This document shows, piece after piece, positions 36,703-45,626 of a DNA stretch of 64,000 nucleotides (position 1 is the first letter of the stretch; each line of letters starts with the position of its first letter). Source of the DNA: Patescibacteria group bacterium (GTDB lineage Bacteria; Patescibacteriota; Patescibacteriia; UBA2591; JAQUPP01); contig JAQUPP010000001.1 of NCBI GenBank assembly GCA_028716665.1, positions 477,046-541,045 of the forward strand. The letters are read 5' to 3'. Position numbers and translations under genes: made by a program. The notes below the pieces were generated by a model. That model saw nothing but the letters and a program-made list of their open reading frames with translations, was not told the DNA's origin and ran no database searches.

Positions 36703-39129
36703 TTGAATTATATGAAAAAACAATTTAAAATTTTATCAATTCTAGCTATTTGTGTGATATTAAATTTTGTATTAATTAAACAAGCTTGTGCTGAAACTGA
36801 AGTTTCGGGTAATATCACGACGGATACTACTTGGACGTTGGCAAATAGTCCTTATATTGTAACTGCCACTGCGCAGGTTTTGGGAGGCGTTAGGCTTACG
36901 ATTGAACCAGGGGCTACGATTAAGTTTAATGAAGGTACGGGGTTAAATGTTGGCGGAGAGTTAATAGCGAGAGGAACTCAAATAAATATTATTAATTTTA
37001 TGCCCAATCAAAGTCTAAATTGGGGTGGAGTTAAATTTTTAGACTCAAGTATAGACGCTGTTTTTGACGAAAATGGAAATTATAAAAACGGAAGTATTAT
37101 AGAATATAGCAATATAGAAAAAGCAGGATATTATTCTACTGTAGTTGGGAAGAGGTATGCTATTGATATTGATAGTGCTTCCCCCTTTATTAGCAAAAAT
37201 ACAATAGTCGACAATCTCTCTGAAGCTATTTGGGCTATGCATTCTTTTGCTCAAATTACAAATAATGTTATTAGCAATAATACGGCTGGGATAACCATTA
37301 TTTATGATTCGCCCACAATCAAAAATAATAAAATATTTAGCAATAATAACTCAGGAATCCATTTTTATAATGGAGCAAATCCTATTATTACTTCAAACAG
37401 TATATACGACAATAATTATGGGATTTCTACTTGTTTATATCCCAATCCACCAAAGATAAATAATAATAATATTTTTAGCAATAATTATAATATTTTTTTA
37501 CAAAATTGTGGTGTATTCAGCGAGATAGACATGACTAAAAATTGGTGGGGGACAACAGACATTTCTTCTATTAATTCAAAAATTTATGATTATTATGATG
37601 ATATTTCTTTGGGTAAAGTAAATTATGAACCTTATGGCCTATCTGAACTAAAATTCGACGGAACAGATGCATTTAGTTCCGCACCTATAGTCGCTTGTAC
37701 ATCTTTTGTATATAGCGACTGGTCTACTTGCCAATCTAATGGCATACAAACCAGAACCGTAATTTCATCTTCCCCCTCTAGTTGTACAGGCGGTAATCCA
37801 GTGTTGACACAATCCTGCACATATACTTCGCCGACTTGTACTTCTTGGACATACTCAGACTGGAGCACCTGCTCCACTGATGGCCAACAAAGAAGAACAG
37901 TTGTTTCTTCTTTCCCTCTCGACTGTATTGGCGGTAATCCTATATTAACTCAGTCTTGTATTTATATTCCGTCAACCTGTATTTCATGGATTTATTCCGA
38001 TTGGTCTGTTTGTCAATCTAATAATATGCAAAATAGGTCTATAATTTATTCTTCTCCAAGTGGTTGCTCTAATGGAAATCCAATATTGACTCAATCTTGC
38101 ACATATATTTATACTCCACCAACTTGTACTTCGTGGACATATTCTAATTGGAGTGCTTGTATTAATAATCAACAAAGCAGAACAATGATATCGTCACAGC
38201 CTACAAGCTGTATTGGCGGTAATCCTATATTAATACAAACTTGTAGTCTTACACCAGCCTGTTCAGAAAACGACTGGACGTCTATTCTAACTCCAACGGC
38301 CTGTCCAAATAACAGTCAACAAACAAAAACATGGTATAAAATAGGACAATGCCAAGAAGGGGTTACTCATCCATCTACAGAAACAATTAGTTGTAATTAT
38401 CAAGCACTTACTTGTACTGATTTCATATACAATGATTGGAGTGCGTGCGGTTTAAGCGGTGTGCAATCAAGGACAGTATTTTCTTCTTCTCCAGCAAATT
38501 GTATAGGTGGAAATCCCATATTAAATCAAACCTGTACTTATATTCCTACCTGTATAGCTAATAATTGGTCTTGTGGTAATTGGTCTAGTTGTTCTTCAAA
38601 TGGTACTCAAACTAGAATATGCAATAAAATTTTAAATTGCGATGGAGGCGTATTGTCGCCTGCAACTACACAATCATGTATTTATACATCGCCAGAAAAA
38701 CAAGAAAATATCGGTTCACTTTCGGACGGAACATTGGCCAGAATAAAAGGTACGGCCGGTGTTTATTTAATCTATAATAACCAAAAACGCCCCATTAAGA
38801 GCGCTGCGGTATTTCTGGGCAGAGGTTATAAATGGAAAAATATAATTGACGTTGATGCGAATATATTAAATGTTTATCCTACGGGCTCAGAATTAACAAT
38901 TTCAGAAGCAATAAATATAGTGCCAAAAAATCAAGGTATTAAAATAAAGATTAATGTCCCAAGTTTGCGAGTCAGAAGTTTACCTAATGCGAGTGGAAAA
39001 ATTATTACTTCAGTTAAGAGCGGAAAAGAATATCAAGTGATTGAAGAACAAACCGGTTGGTATAAAATAAATTATAGTGTTAATAAAACAGGCTGGATAA
39101 TGAGCCAATATACTAAAATAATTAAATAG
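36703..39129 (+). CDS. Secreted protein with a right-handed beta-helix repeat region, about six TSP1-like Cys/Trp repeats, the shared C-terminal module and a terminal SH3b domain
   Basis: Signal peptide. NN(V/I)xSNN beta-helix repeats. Repeats of the form TCTSWTYSDWSTCSTDGQQRRTVVSS.P..C.GGNPILTQSC. Then DGTLARIKGTAGVYLIYNNQKRPIKS...GYKWKNII, then SLRVRSLPNASGKIITSVKSGKEYQVIEEQTGWYKINY. Confidence 0.75.
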   Translation: MNYMKKQFKILSILAICVILNFVLIKQACAETEVSGNITTDTTWTLANSPYIVTATAQVLGGVRLTIEPGATIKFNEGTGLNVGGELIARGTQINIINFMPNQSLNWGGVKFLDSSIDAVFDENGNYKNGSIIEYSNIEKAGYYSTVVGKRYAIDIDSASPFISKNTIVDNLSEAIWAMHSFAQITNNVISNNTAGITIIYDSPTIKNNKIFSNNNSGIHFYNGANPIITSNSIYDNNYGISTCLYPNPPKINNNNIFSNNYNIFLQNCGVFSEIDMTKNWWGTTDISSINSKIYDYYDDISLGKVNYEPYGLSELKFDGTDAFSSAPIVACTSFVYSDWSTCQSNGIQTRTVISSSPSSCTGGNPVLTQSCTYTSPTCTSWTYSDWSTCSTDGQQRRTVVSSFPLDCIGGNPILTQSCIYIPSTCISWIYSDWSVCQSNNMQNRSIIYSSPSGCSNGNPILTQSCTYIYTPPTCTSWTYSNWSACINNQQSRTMISSQPTSCIGGNPILIQTCSLTPACSENDWTSILTPTACPNNSQQTKTWYKIGQCQEGVTHPSTETISCNYQALTCTDFIYNDWSACGLSGVQSRTVFSSSPANCIGGNPILNQTCTYIPTCIANNWSCGNWSSCSSNGTQTRICNKILNCDGGVLSPATTQSCIYTSPEKQENIGSLSDGTLARIKGTAGVYLIYNNQKRPIKSAAVFLGRGYKWKNIIDVDANILNVYPTGSELTISEAINIVPKNQGIKIKINVPSLRVRSLPNASGKIITSVKSGKEYQVIEEQTGWYKINYSVNKTGWIMSQYTKIIK

Positions 39130-39371
39130 ATAACTATCCGGAATATAAATTTTATCCACGCCTCAAATCCGAAGAGGGTTTGTATAAAAAAATAGTTTAG
39201 TTCACGGAAGCGCCTTCGTTCCTCGACAAGCTCGGGACTTCGGCTTCTTCTAATTTTAAATTGATTTTATTCAGAGATTTGAAGCGGGATTCTCAAGGTT
39301 ATAGCAAAAATTGCTTCATTTTTTTGAACTCGCAATTTTTGATAACCTTGGAAAGTTTTCCACAAGGGGAT

Positions 39372-39399
39372 TTGACTTTTACTAAATACCTGCTACAAT
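39372..39399 (+). promoter_or_regulatory. Sigma-70-like promoter for greA
   Basis: TTGACT, then 16 nt, then TACAAT, about 45 nt upstream of the greA ATG. Confidence 0.5.
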
Positions 39400-39444
39400 G
39401 ATATGAACTAATACCAATTAACTCGGTGTTTTTTTAATTTATTT

Positions 39445-39903
39445 ATGACATTTTTCTTAACGCCTGAAGGGCGAAAAAAAATTGAACAAGAATTGGAAGA
39501 ATTAAGAAGCGTAAGAAGGCCGCAAGTTGCGGACCGGATTCGTGCTGCCAAAGAATTGGGGGATTTAAGTGAAAATGCGGAATATACGACAGCCAAAGAA
39601 GAACAGGGATGGATTGAAAATGAAATAATAAGATTGGAAAATTTATTGAGAAATGTTGAAATTATAGATAACCACCAGAAAAATAAAGATGTGGTCAGAA
39701 TAGGTTCAACGGTTAAAATTAAAATTAAAGATGATTTTAAGACCTTTATGATTGTGGACAGCGAAGAATCTGATCCGGCGCAAGGCAGAATTTCCTATGA
39801 ATCTCCTATGGGACAAGCTCTTTTAAATAAGAGACTTAATGAAAAAATTGAATTTCAGGTTCCAAGCGGTTCTACAACTTTTACGATTATTGAAATTAAA
39901 TAA
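39445..39903 (+). CDS. greA: Transcription elongation factor GreA
   Basis: N-terminal coiled-coil (...ELRSVRRPQVADRIRAAKELGDLSENAEY...) plus a C-terminal FKBP-like domain. Confidence 0.85.
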   Translation: MTFFLTPEGRKKIEQELEELRSVRRPQVADRIRAAKELGDLSENAEYTTAKEEQGWIENEIIRLENLLRNVEIIDNHQKNKDVVRIGSTVKIKIKDDFKTFMIVDSEESDPAQGRISYESPMGQALLNKRLNEKIEFQVPSGSTTFTIIEIK

Positions 39904-39922
39904 AATAATTATTTATCAATAA

Positions 39923-39952
39923 AAAAGACCTTCTCAAAAGGTCTTTTTTAAT
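39923..39952 (+). terminator. Rho-independent terminator
   Basis: AAAAAAGACCTTctcaAAAGGTCTTTTTT. Confidence 0.7.
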
Positions 39953-40011
39953 TGTGGATAACATTTTATAAATATGCTATAATGATATAAGTGATAAAAA
40001 GGAGGTGAAAA

Positions 40012-40272
40012 ATGAAGGAACCATTGAGATTTAATTACTTTTCGAGTATGATAATAATCATATTCGGGGTAACAATATTGATGGGAGTATTTTACCTTAT
40101 CGGTTTTGGACTTTGCCAAATTGCAGTTATCCCAAGCATAGTAACTCAATGTCTCGGATTTGAGATAATGAGTTGTTTTATGCCGATGTTGGTTGGCGAT
40201 TTGGCAGTATGTGTGGTTTTGGCAATCTGGTTTGCTTATTGGTATGTTAACATTTTAATCTGGGGTTCCTAA
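40012..40272 (+). CDS. Small Cys-containing membrane protein (two TM segments)
   Basis: AAAGGAGGTG SD 6 nt upstream. The 86-aa protein is hydrophobic, and a terminator hairpin follows. Confidence 0.5.
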   Translation: MKEPLRFNYFSSMIIIIFGVTILMGVFYLIGFGLCQIAVIPSIVTQCLGFEIMSCFMPMLVGDLAVCVVLAIWFAYWYVNILIWGS

Positions 40273-40381
40273 AATAGGGCTTCTGTAAAAACAGAGCCCT
40301 ATTAATTTAACAACAATATTAGGGGATTGTTTATTTTTAAAATAATGTTATAATTATTTTATTAAATTTAGTCGCAAATCT

Positions 40382-41848
40382 ATGATTAACGAAGAACAAT
40401 CAAGAATAGAAAAATTAGAAAAAATCAAATCAAGCCAAGTCAATCCATATCCGGCTTTATCCGAGAGGTCTCATACTGTAAAACAAGCGATTGATGATTT
40501 TGATAAATTATCGGAAAAAGAAACTTTGGTAATCTTGGTTGGACGTTTGGTTTTATTGCGTCTGCATGGTAAGGCGTGTTTTGCCAATTTGGAAGATGGA
40601 ACGGGCCGTTTTCAGATTTTTTTCGCCCAAGACAATGTTGGAGAAAAAGAATATCAATTCTTTACGGAAAATATTGATGTCGGAGATTTTTTGGAAATAA
40701 AGGGTCATCTTTTTATTACCAAAAGAGGCGAAAAAACCATTAAAGCGACAAGTTGGAAACTTTTATCCAAGGCTCTTCTACCGCTTCCGGAAAAATGGCA
40801 CGGTTTGTCTGATGTGGAAACCAGATATCGCCAAAGATATTTGGATTTAATCGCCAATCAAGAAGTAAAAGATATTTTCGTTAAACGGACAAAAATGATA
40901 AAATTAATCAGAGATTTTTTCAATCTCCGAGATTATATGGAAGTCAGCACGCCTGTTCTCCAAGGAATAGCCGGCGGAGCAATTGCCCGACCGTTTGTCA
41001 CTCATAATCACGCTTTGGATATTGATTTATATTTAAGAATTGCGCCCGAACTTTATTTAAAAAGATTGATTATCGGCGGATTTGAAAGAGTTTATGAAAT
41101 TGCCAAATGTTTTCGCAATGAGGGCATTGATGCTTCTCATAATCCCGAATTTACTCAAATAGAATTTTATCAATCATATGCCGATTATAATGTTCTGATG
41201 AGACTAACCGAAGAATTATTTGAATATTTATTATCAAATTTGGAAGGAAAATTAACCATTGAATATCAAAATAATACTTTGAATTTCAAATCGCCTTATC
41301 CGCGATTGGAATTCAGACAAGCGATTAAAAATGAAACAGGTCTTGATATTGAAGAATATCGAGATTTAAAAGGATTGATTGAACAAGTGAAAAAACTTGG
41401 CATAACAGTTGAAAAATCATGGGATAGAGGCAAAATTTTGGACGAACTTTTTAAAGAGCGCGTCAGGCCAAAACTCATTAATCCAACTTTTTTAATTCAT
41501 CACCCGATTGAACTTTCACCCTTGGCCAAAAAATGTCCGGATAATCCGAATTATGTGGAAAGATTTCAATTATTGGTGGCCGGAATGGAAATTTGCAATG
41601 CTTTTTCCGAATTAAACGATCCTTTGGATCAAGAATCAAGATTTAATGAGCAAGATAAATTACGCGAAAAAGGGGATCAAGAAGCACAAGGTCTTGATGA
41701 AGATTTTGTTAAAGCTTTAAAATACGGCATGCCGCCTACAGCCGGCGAAGGAATTGGCATTGATCGTTTAGCTCTTATTTTAACCAATACTTGCAACATT
41801 CGGGAAGTAATTTTGTTTCCAATTTTGCGACCTAAGTCGGAAAAATAA
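40382..41848 (+). CDS. lysS: Lysine--tRNA ligase (class II)
   Basis: OB-fold anticodon-binding N-terminal domain plus class II motifs (...FRNEGIDASHNPEFTQIEFYQSYADY...). Confidence 0.9.
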   Translation: MINEEQSRIEKLEKIKSSQVNPYPALSERSHTVKQAIDDFDKLSEKETLVILVGRLVLLRLHGKACFANLEDGTGRFQIFFAQDNVGEKEYQFFTENIDVGDFLEIKGHLFITKRGEKTIKATSWKLLSKALLPLPEKWHGLSDVETRYRQRYLDLIANQEVKDIFVKRTKMIKLIRDFFNLRDYMEVSTPVLQGIAGGAIARPFVTHNHALDIDLYLRIAPELYLKRLIIGGFERVYEIAKCFRNEGIDASHNPEFTQIEFYQSYADYNVLMRLTEELFEYLLSNLEGKLTIEYQNNTLNFKSPYPRLEFRQAIKNETGLDIEEYRDLKGLIEQVKKLGITVEKSWDRGKILDELFKERVRPKLINPTFLIHHPIELSPLAKKCPDNPNYVERFQLLVAGMEICNAFSELNDPLDQESRFNEQDKLREKGDQEAQGLDEDFVKALKYGMPPTAGEGIGIDRLALILTNTCNIREVILFPILRPKSEK

Positions 41849-41875
41849 TCCGTTAATTGAGTAATTTAATTCATT

Positions 41876-43204
41876 ATGTTAGATATTAAATTCATCAGAG
41901 AAAATAAAGAAAAAATCAAGCAGAATATTATTAATCGGAAAATGGATCCGCAAAAAGCTGATGTGGATGCGTTATTGGAATTGGACGAAGAATACAGAAA
42001 AAAATTAACAGAAGTGGAAAATATTCGCGCTGAGAGAAATAATTTAACTGCAGGCAAGGATGAGGCGATAAGGGCCAAAGGAAAAGAATTGAAAGAAAAA
42101 TTAAAAACCACCGAAGAATCCCTTGAAGAAATTAAAACTAAAATGGACAAATTGGCTGTTTGGATTCCGAATTTAATGAGTGAAGACACGCCGATCGGCA
42201 AGAGCGAAGACGATAATATTGATGTCAGAGTTTGGACGCCGGAAAAAGGATATTTGGATAAATCTTTACTGGGAAAGGGATTTGAAGTCGCCACCCAGAT
42301 GCCAAAATCTGATTTTCCGGGCAAAGATCATATTGAATTGGGCAAGGATTTGGATATTATTGATGTGGAACAAAGCGCCCTGACTTCAGGTTCAAGATTT
42401 TGTTACTTGAAAAAAGAAGCGGTTATTTTGCAATTCGCGATTATTGATTTGTTATTCAAAGAACTTTTAAGAAGAAATTTTATGCCCATGGTTGTGCCTT
42501 TAATGGTCAGAGAAAGAGTTCTTTTCGGCACCAGTCATTTTCCGGAAGGATATGATCAGGTTTACAAAATCAGCGATGAAAACGTGGAAGATAAAAATAA
42601 ATTATTTTTAGTCGGTTCTTCCGAGCCTTCTCTTTTCGGTTATGGAATGGACAAAAGATTTTCAGAAAAAGATATGCCTTTTAAAATGTGTTCTTTGTCT
42701 TCTTGTTTCAGAAGCGAAGTCGGTTCTTGGGGAAAAGACGTTCGCGGAATAAAAAGAGTCCATCAATTTGATAAATTGGAAATGGATGTTATTTGTCTCC
42801 CCGAACAAGCAGATGAAATTTTTGAAGAATTGGTGTCTATTAACGAATGGCTGTTGCAACAACTTAAAATGCCTTATCGGGTGATTCAGAAATGCACCGG
42901 TGATGCCGGTTATGCGGCCAGCCACAAGCAATATGATGTTGAAACTTGGAGAATAGCGGCTAATGAATTTATGGAAACAATGACTGATACCAATGCGACT
43001 GATTTTCAAGCCAGAAGATTGAATATCCGTTATCAAAAAAATAATAATGAAAAAGGATATTGTTATACTGTTAATGATACGGGCGTGGCCTTGGGAAGAA
43101 TGATTTTGGCCGTTCTGGAAAATTATCAGCAAAAAGACGGATCAATCTTGATCCCCGAAGCTTTGCAAAAATATTGCGGTTTTTCAAAAATTGAAAAAAA
43201 GTAA
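41876..43204 (+). CDS. serS: Serine--tRNA ligase
   Basis: N-terminal coiled-coil arm plus a class II core (...GSRFCYLK..., ...FRSEVGSWGKDVRGIKRVHQFDKLEM...). Confidence 0.9.
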   Translation: MLDIKFIRENKEKIKQNIINRKMDPQKADVDALLELDEEYRKKLTEVENIRAERNNLTAGKDEAIRAKGKELKEKLKTTEESLEEIKTKMDKLAVWIPNLMSEDTPIGKSEDDNIDVRVWTPEKGYLDKSLLGKGFEVATQMPKSDFPGKDHIELGKDLDIIDVEQSALTSGSRFCYLKKEAVILQFAIIDLLFKELLRRNFMPMVVPLMVRERVLFGTSHFPEGYDQVYKISDENVEDKNKLFLVGSSEPSLFGYGMDKRFSEKDMPFKMCSLSSCFRSEVGSWGKDVRGIKRVHQFDKLEMDVICLPEQADEIFEELVSINEWLLQQLKMPYRVIQKCTGDAGYAASHKQYDVETWRIAANEFMETMTDTNATDFQARRLNIRYQKNNNEKGYCYTVNDTGVALGRMILAVLENYQQKDGSILIPEALQKYCGFSKIEKK

Positions 43205-43213
43205 ATATTGTAT

Positions 43214-43262
43214 TTATAGATTTGTTAAATAAAAAAATAAGGTGCCAGTTAAAATTTGAACT
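43214..43262. terminator. Bidirectional terminator hairpin
   Basis: AAAAAAATAAGGTGCCAGTTaaaatttgAACTGGCACTTTATTTTTTT. Confidence 0.7.
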
Positions 43263-43282
43263 GGCACTTTATTTTTTTATCT

Positions 43283-43507
43283 CTAAGGTAATGAAGCCAA
43301 ACTTAAGTAAAATACGACCATACCACAAATGGATACTATATGGCTTATAATTGTGGTTTTGCTTATTGGTATGGGCTTATAATACTGAGGATATTTCTGT
43401 GTCATATAGTCATTATACGAATTACTACAATATGACGAAGCTGCTGTAAGTTGACCAAAAATAAACATTCCAAAGCCAACCCACACCAAAATCAATTTGA
43501 CTTCCAT
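43283..43507 (-). CDS. Small secreted or membrane protein (signal peptide, Tyr-rich middle region, C-terminal TM)
   Basis: AAAGGAGG SD. A consensus promoter lies 50 nt upstream. The 74-aa protein is MEVKLILVWVGFGMFIFGQLTAASS... Confidence 0.55.
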   Translation of the reverse strand: MEVKLILVWVGFGMFIFGQLTAASSYCSNSYNDYMTQKYPQYYKPIPISKTTIISHIVSICGMVVFYLSLASLP

Positions 43508-43560
43508 TTTTTCCTCCTTTGTAAAAAATCACTTTTTTAATGAGTAATCTTTATATTTAA

Positions 43561-43588
43561 ATTATAGCAAAAATTTTATATTTGTCAA
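43561..43588 (-). promoter_or_regulatory. Consensus sigma-70 promoter (minus strand) for the 43283..43507 gene
   Basis: The minus strand reads TTGACA, 16 nt, TATAAT. It sits in one copy of a duplicated ~30-bp block (see 44052-44084). Confidence 0.6.
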
Positions 43589-43637
43589 GTTATTTTTATA
43601 ATTTAAAAAGGACTGATTTTTTATATCAAGTCCTTTT

Positions 43638-44036
43638 TTATTTTTGTTCTTTTGGAGCCGGCAAAGCCTTTATAAAAGGATATCCGATGGTAATTAACAT
43701 TAAGAAATCACCCGGATAAGCCTTAGACATTTGGCGTAGAATTTCGAAACGTATTTTTTCTTCTTCCTTTCTACTCAAAAGTTTATATTTTTTTATATAA
43801 TCTTCCAAGCTCGATTTTAACTCCAGTTTGCATAATCTTCTATCCATTTCATCTACCTCTTTCTTCATGTCATCAATTAATTTACCCAACTGATCCATGG
43901 ATTCACCCAGTTGATCAAAAGGTTTTTTTATACTTGATAACCAATTACTGGAACGCCATAGAAATATGATTATGGCAATCGTAGCAGCTAAAGAAAGAAT
44001 CGGTTGAAGAAATCTAAAAATTTCAAGAACAATCAT
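43638..44036 (-). CDS. Membrane-anchored coiled-coil protein (N-terminal TM, charged helical core, C-terminal hydrophobic segment)
   Basis: AAAGGAGG SD. A consensus promoter lies upstream. The 132-aa protein begins MIVLEIFRFLQPILSLAATIAIIIFLW... Confidence 0.55.
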   Translation of the reverse strand: MIVLEIFRFLQPILSLAATIAIIIFLWRSSNWLSSIKKPFDQLGESMDQLGKLIDDMKKEVDEMDRRLCKLELKSSLEDYIKKYKLLSRKEEEKIRFEILRQMSKAYPGDFLMLITIGYPFIKALPAPKEQK

Positions 44037-44055
44037 TTTTCCTCCTTTTTAATTT

Positions 44056-44084
44056 ATTATATCAAAAATTTTATACTTGTCAAA
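44056..44084 (-). promoter_or_regulatory. Consensus sigma-70 promoter (minus strand) for the 43638..44036 gene
   Basis: The minus strand reads TTGACA, 17 nt, TATAAT. Confidence 0.6.
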
Positions 44085-44104
44085 TCGTTTATTTCTGATA
44101 AAAT
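44077..44104 (+). promoter_or_regulatory. Divergent plus-strand promoter abutting the alr start (leaderless)
   Basis: TTGTCA, 16 nt, TAAAAT, then 7 nt to the ATG at 44112. It overlaps the minus-strand -35 box. Confidence 0.45.
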
Positions 44105-44111
44105 ATACATC

Positions 44112-45305
44112 ATGCTCACTTGGATTGAAATTAAAAAACAAGCGATTAAACATAATCTTGGCCAATTCAGGAAAATTATCGGGCCGAAGGTGAAATTAAT
44201 GGCTGTGGTTAAAAGCAATGCTTACGGCCACGGAATAGTTGAAATAGCCAAAATTGCCTTAAAATCAGGGGCTAATTGGCTGGGGGTGGTTAATTTAGAC
44301 GAAGCGCTGATGCTTAGGCGGGCGAAAATCAAAGCCCCGATTTTTATTTTAAGCTACTGGCCCCTCACTTGCGGGCAAGAGAGAGACTACTGGGAAATGA
44401 TTGACCAAGTAAAAGAGGCGATTAAGCAAAATATTGATTTTCCTGTTTATACTTTTGAGCAAGCTGAATTTTTATCAAAAACCGCTAAAAGCATTAGAAA
44501 AAAAGTTAATATTCATATTAAAATTGATACCGGCGCGACCAGAATAGGCGTCTCAACCGAAGAAGCGGTTAATTTTATAAAAAGTATTAAGAATCTGCCA
44601 AATTTGAATATTGTCGGAATTTTTACTCATTACGCCGAATCAGAATCAAAAGATCAATCTTATACCAATCAACAAACGGAAAAATTTCAAAAAATATTAT
44701 CTTTGTTAAAATTTTTCGGCATTAAAATACCCTTGATTCACAGCGGTTGTTCGGCTTCAACAATTAATAATTCAAAAACATTTTTTAATTTGGTCAGAGT
44801 CGGCCTTGGCATGTACGGCCTTTATCCATCTGATTATACGAAAGTAAATGCTCAAAATAAAAAAAAATCCGCCCGAGGCGGATCGGCCTTGGGTCGAAAA
44901 GTTAAATTTGAACCGGCCTTATCATGGAAAACAAGAATTATTCAAATTAAAAATGTGCCTGCCGGAACTTTTGTCGGATATGACAGAACTTATCAAACAG
45001 ATAAAACGACAAAATTGGCTATTTTGCCAATCGGTTATTTCGACGGTTATGATCGCCATCTTTCAGACTGCGGCCAAGTTTTGATTCGCGGTAAATATTG
45101 CCCGATTCGCGGAAGAATTTGCATGAATTTAATAATGGTTGATGTCAGCAAAATACCTGACATCAAAGAAGGGGAAGAAGTGGTTTTAATCGGTAAACAA
45201 AATAAAAACGAAATTACAGTTGATGATTTGGCCAAGAAAATAGGCACTATCAATTACGAAGTAGTTTGCAGGATTAATTCATTAATTTTAAGAAAATATG
45301 TCTAA
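44112..45305 (+). CDS. alr: Alanine racemase
   Basis: MLTWIEIKKQAIKHNL...AVVKSNAYGHG (the PLP-Lys motif). I moved the start to 44112, because the tracked start at 44004 overlaps the upstream gene. Confidence 0.85.
   Translation: MLTWIEIKKQAIKHNLGQFRKIIGPKVKLMAVVKSNAYGHGIVEIAKIALKSGANWLGVVNLDEALMLRRAKIKAPIFILSYWPLTCGQERDYWEMIDQVKEAIKQNIDFPVYTFEQAEFLSKTAKSIRKKVNIHIKIDTGATRIGVSTEEAVNFIKSIKNLPNLNIVGIFTHYAESESKDQSYTNQQTEKFQKILSLLKFFGIKIPLIHSGCSASTINNSKTFFNLVRVGLGMYGLYPSDYTKVNAQNKKKSARGGSALGRKVKFEPALSWKTRIIQIKNVPAGTFVGYDRTYQTDKTTKLAILPIGYFDGYDRHLSDCGQVLIRGKYCPIRGRICMNLIMVDVSKIPDIKEGEEVVLIGKQNKNEITVDDLAKKIGTINYEVVCRINSLILRKYV
44859..44901. repeat. In-frame GC-rich palindromic insertion element inside alr, copy 1 of 3
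   Basis: aaaaaaaaatccGCCCGAGGCggatcgGCCTTGGGTCgaaaag. It encodes KKKSARGGSALGRK, and the stem CCCGAGGC/GCCTTGGG includes a G-U wobble. Confidence 0.6.
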
Positions 45306-45576
45306 ACAAAATCAAAAATCGCTTAAATTGGAAATCTTGGAAAAATTATCTTCTTTAATTACAGCCGGTTTCGGTTTAGTGGCGGCCTTGGCTTGGAATG
45401 AAGTAATTCAAGATTTTTTTGCTACAATTTTTCCAAAACCAAATATGCTCTTGGGAAAATTTATTTATGCCGTTATTATTACTTTGATTATCGTTATTAT
45501 TACCGTGAAACTGGGCAATATTATAAGCAAGCTTAAAGAGGCGATTAGCGAGGAAGAGAAAAATGAACCCCGCTAG
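45298..45576 (+). CDS. Small membrane protein (two TM segments), translationally coupled to alr
   Basis: The ATG overlaps the alr stop (ATGTCTAA). 92 aa with hydrophobic helices. Confidence 0.5.
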   Translation: MSKQNQKSLKLEILEKLSSLITAGFGLVAALAWNEVIQDFFATIFPKPNMLLGKFIYAVIITLIIVIITVKLGNIISKLKEAISEEEKNEPR

Positions 45577-45626
45577 AAATTTTTGTATTAGTAAGTTATT
45601 TAGCGGGTTATTTATGTAATAAATTT

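Noticed and set aside
39130-39370. Possible small RNA (6S, SRP or a tRNA-like RNA) in the 300-bp, relatively GC-rich, ORF-free region upstream of greA
   Set aside because: No conserved SRP domain IV, tRNA T-loop or 6S-like long helix could be recognised by eye. Only the greA promoter is called. An sRNA cannot be excluded without a covariance search.
44004-44111. Tracked alr start at 44004
   Set aside because: It overlaps the minus-strand gene ending at 44036 and its promoter. The conserved Alr N-terminus (MLTWIEIKK...) begins at the ATG at 44112.
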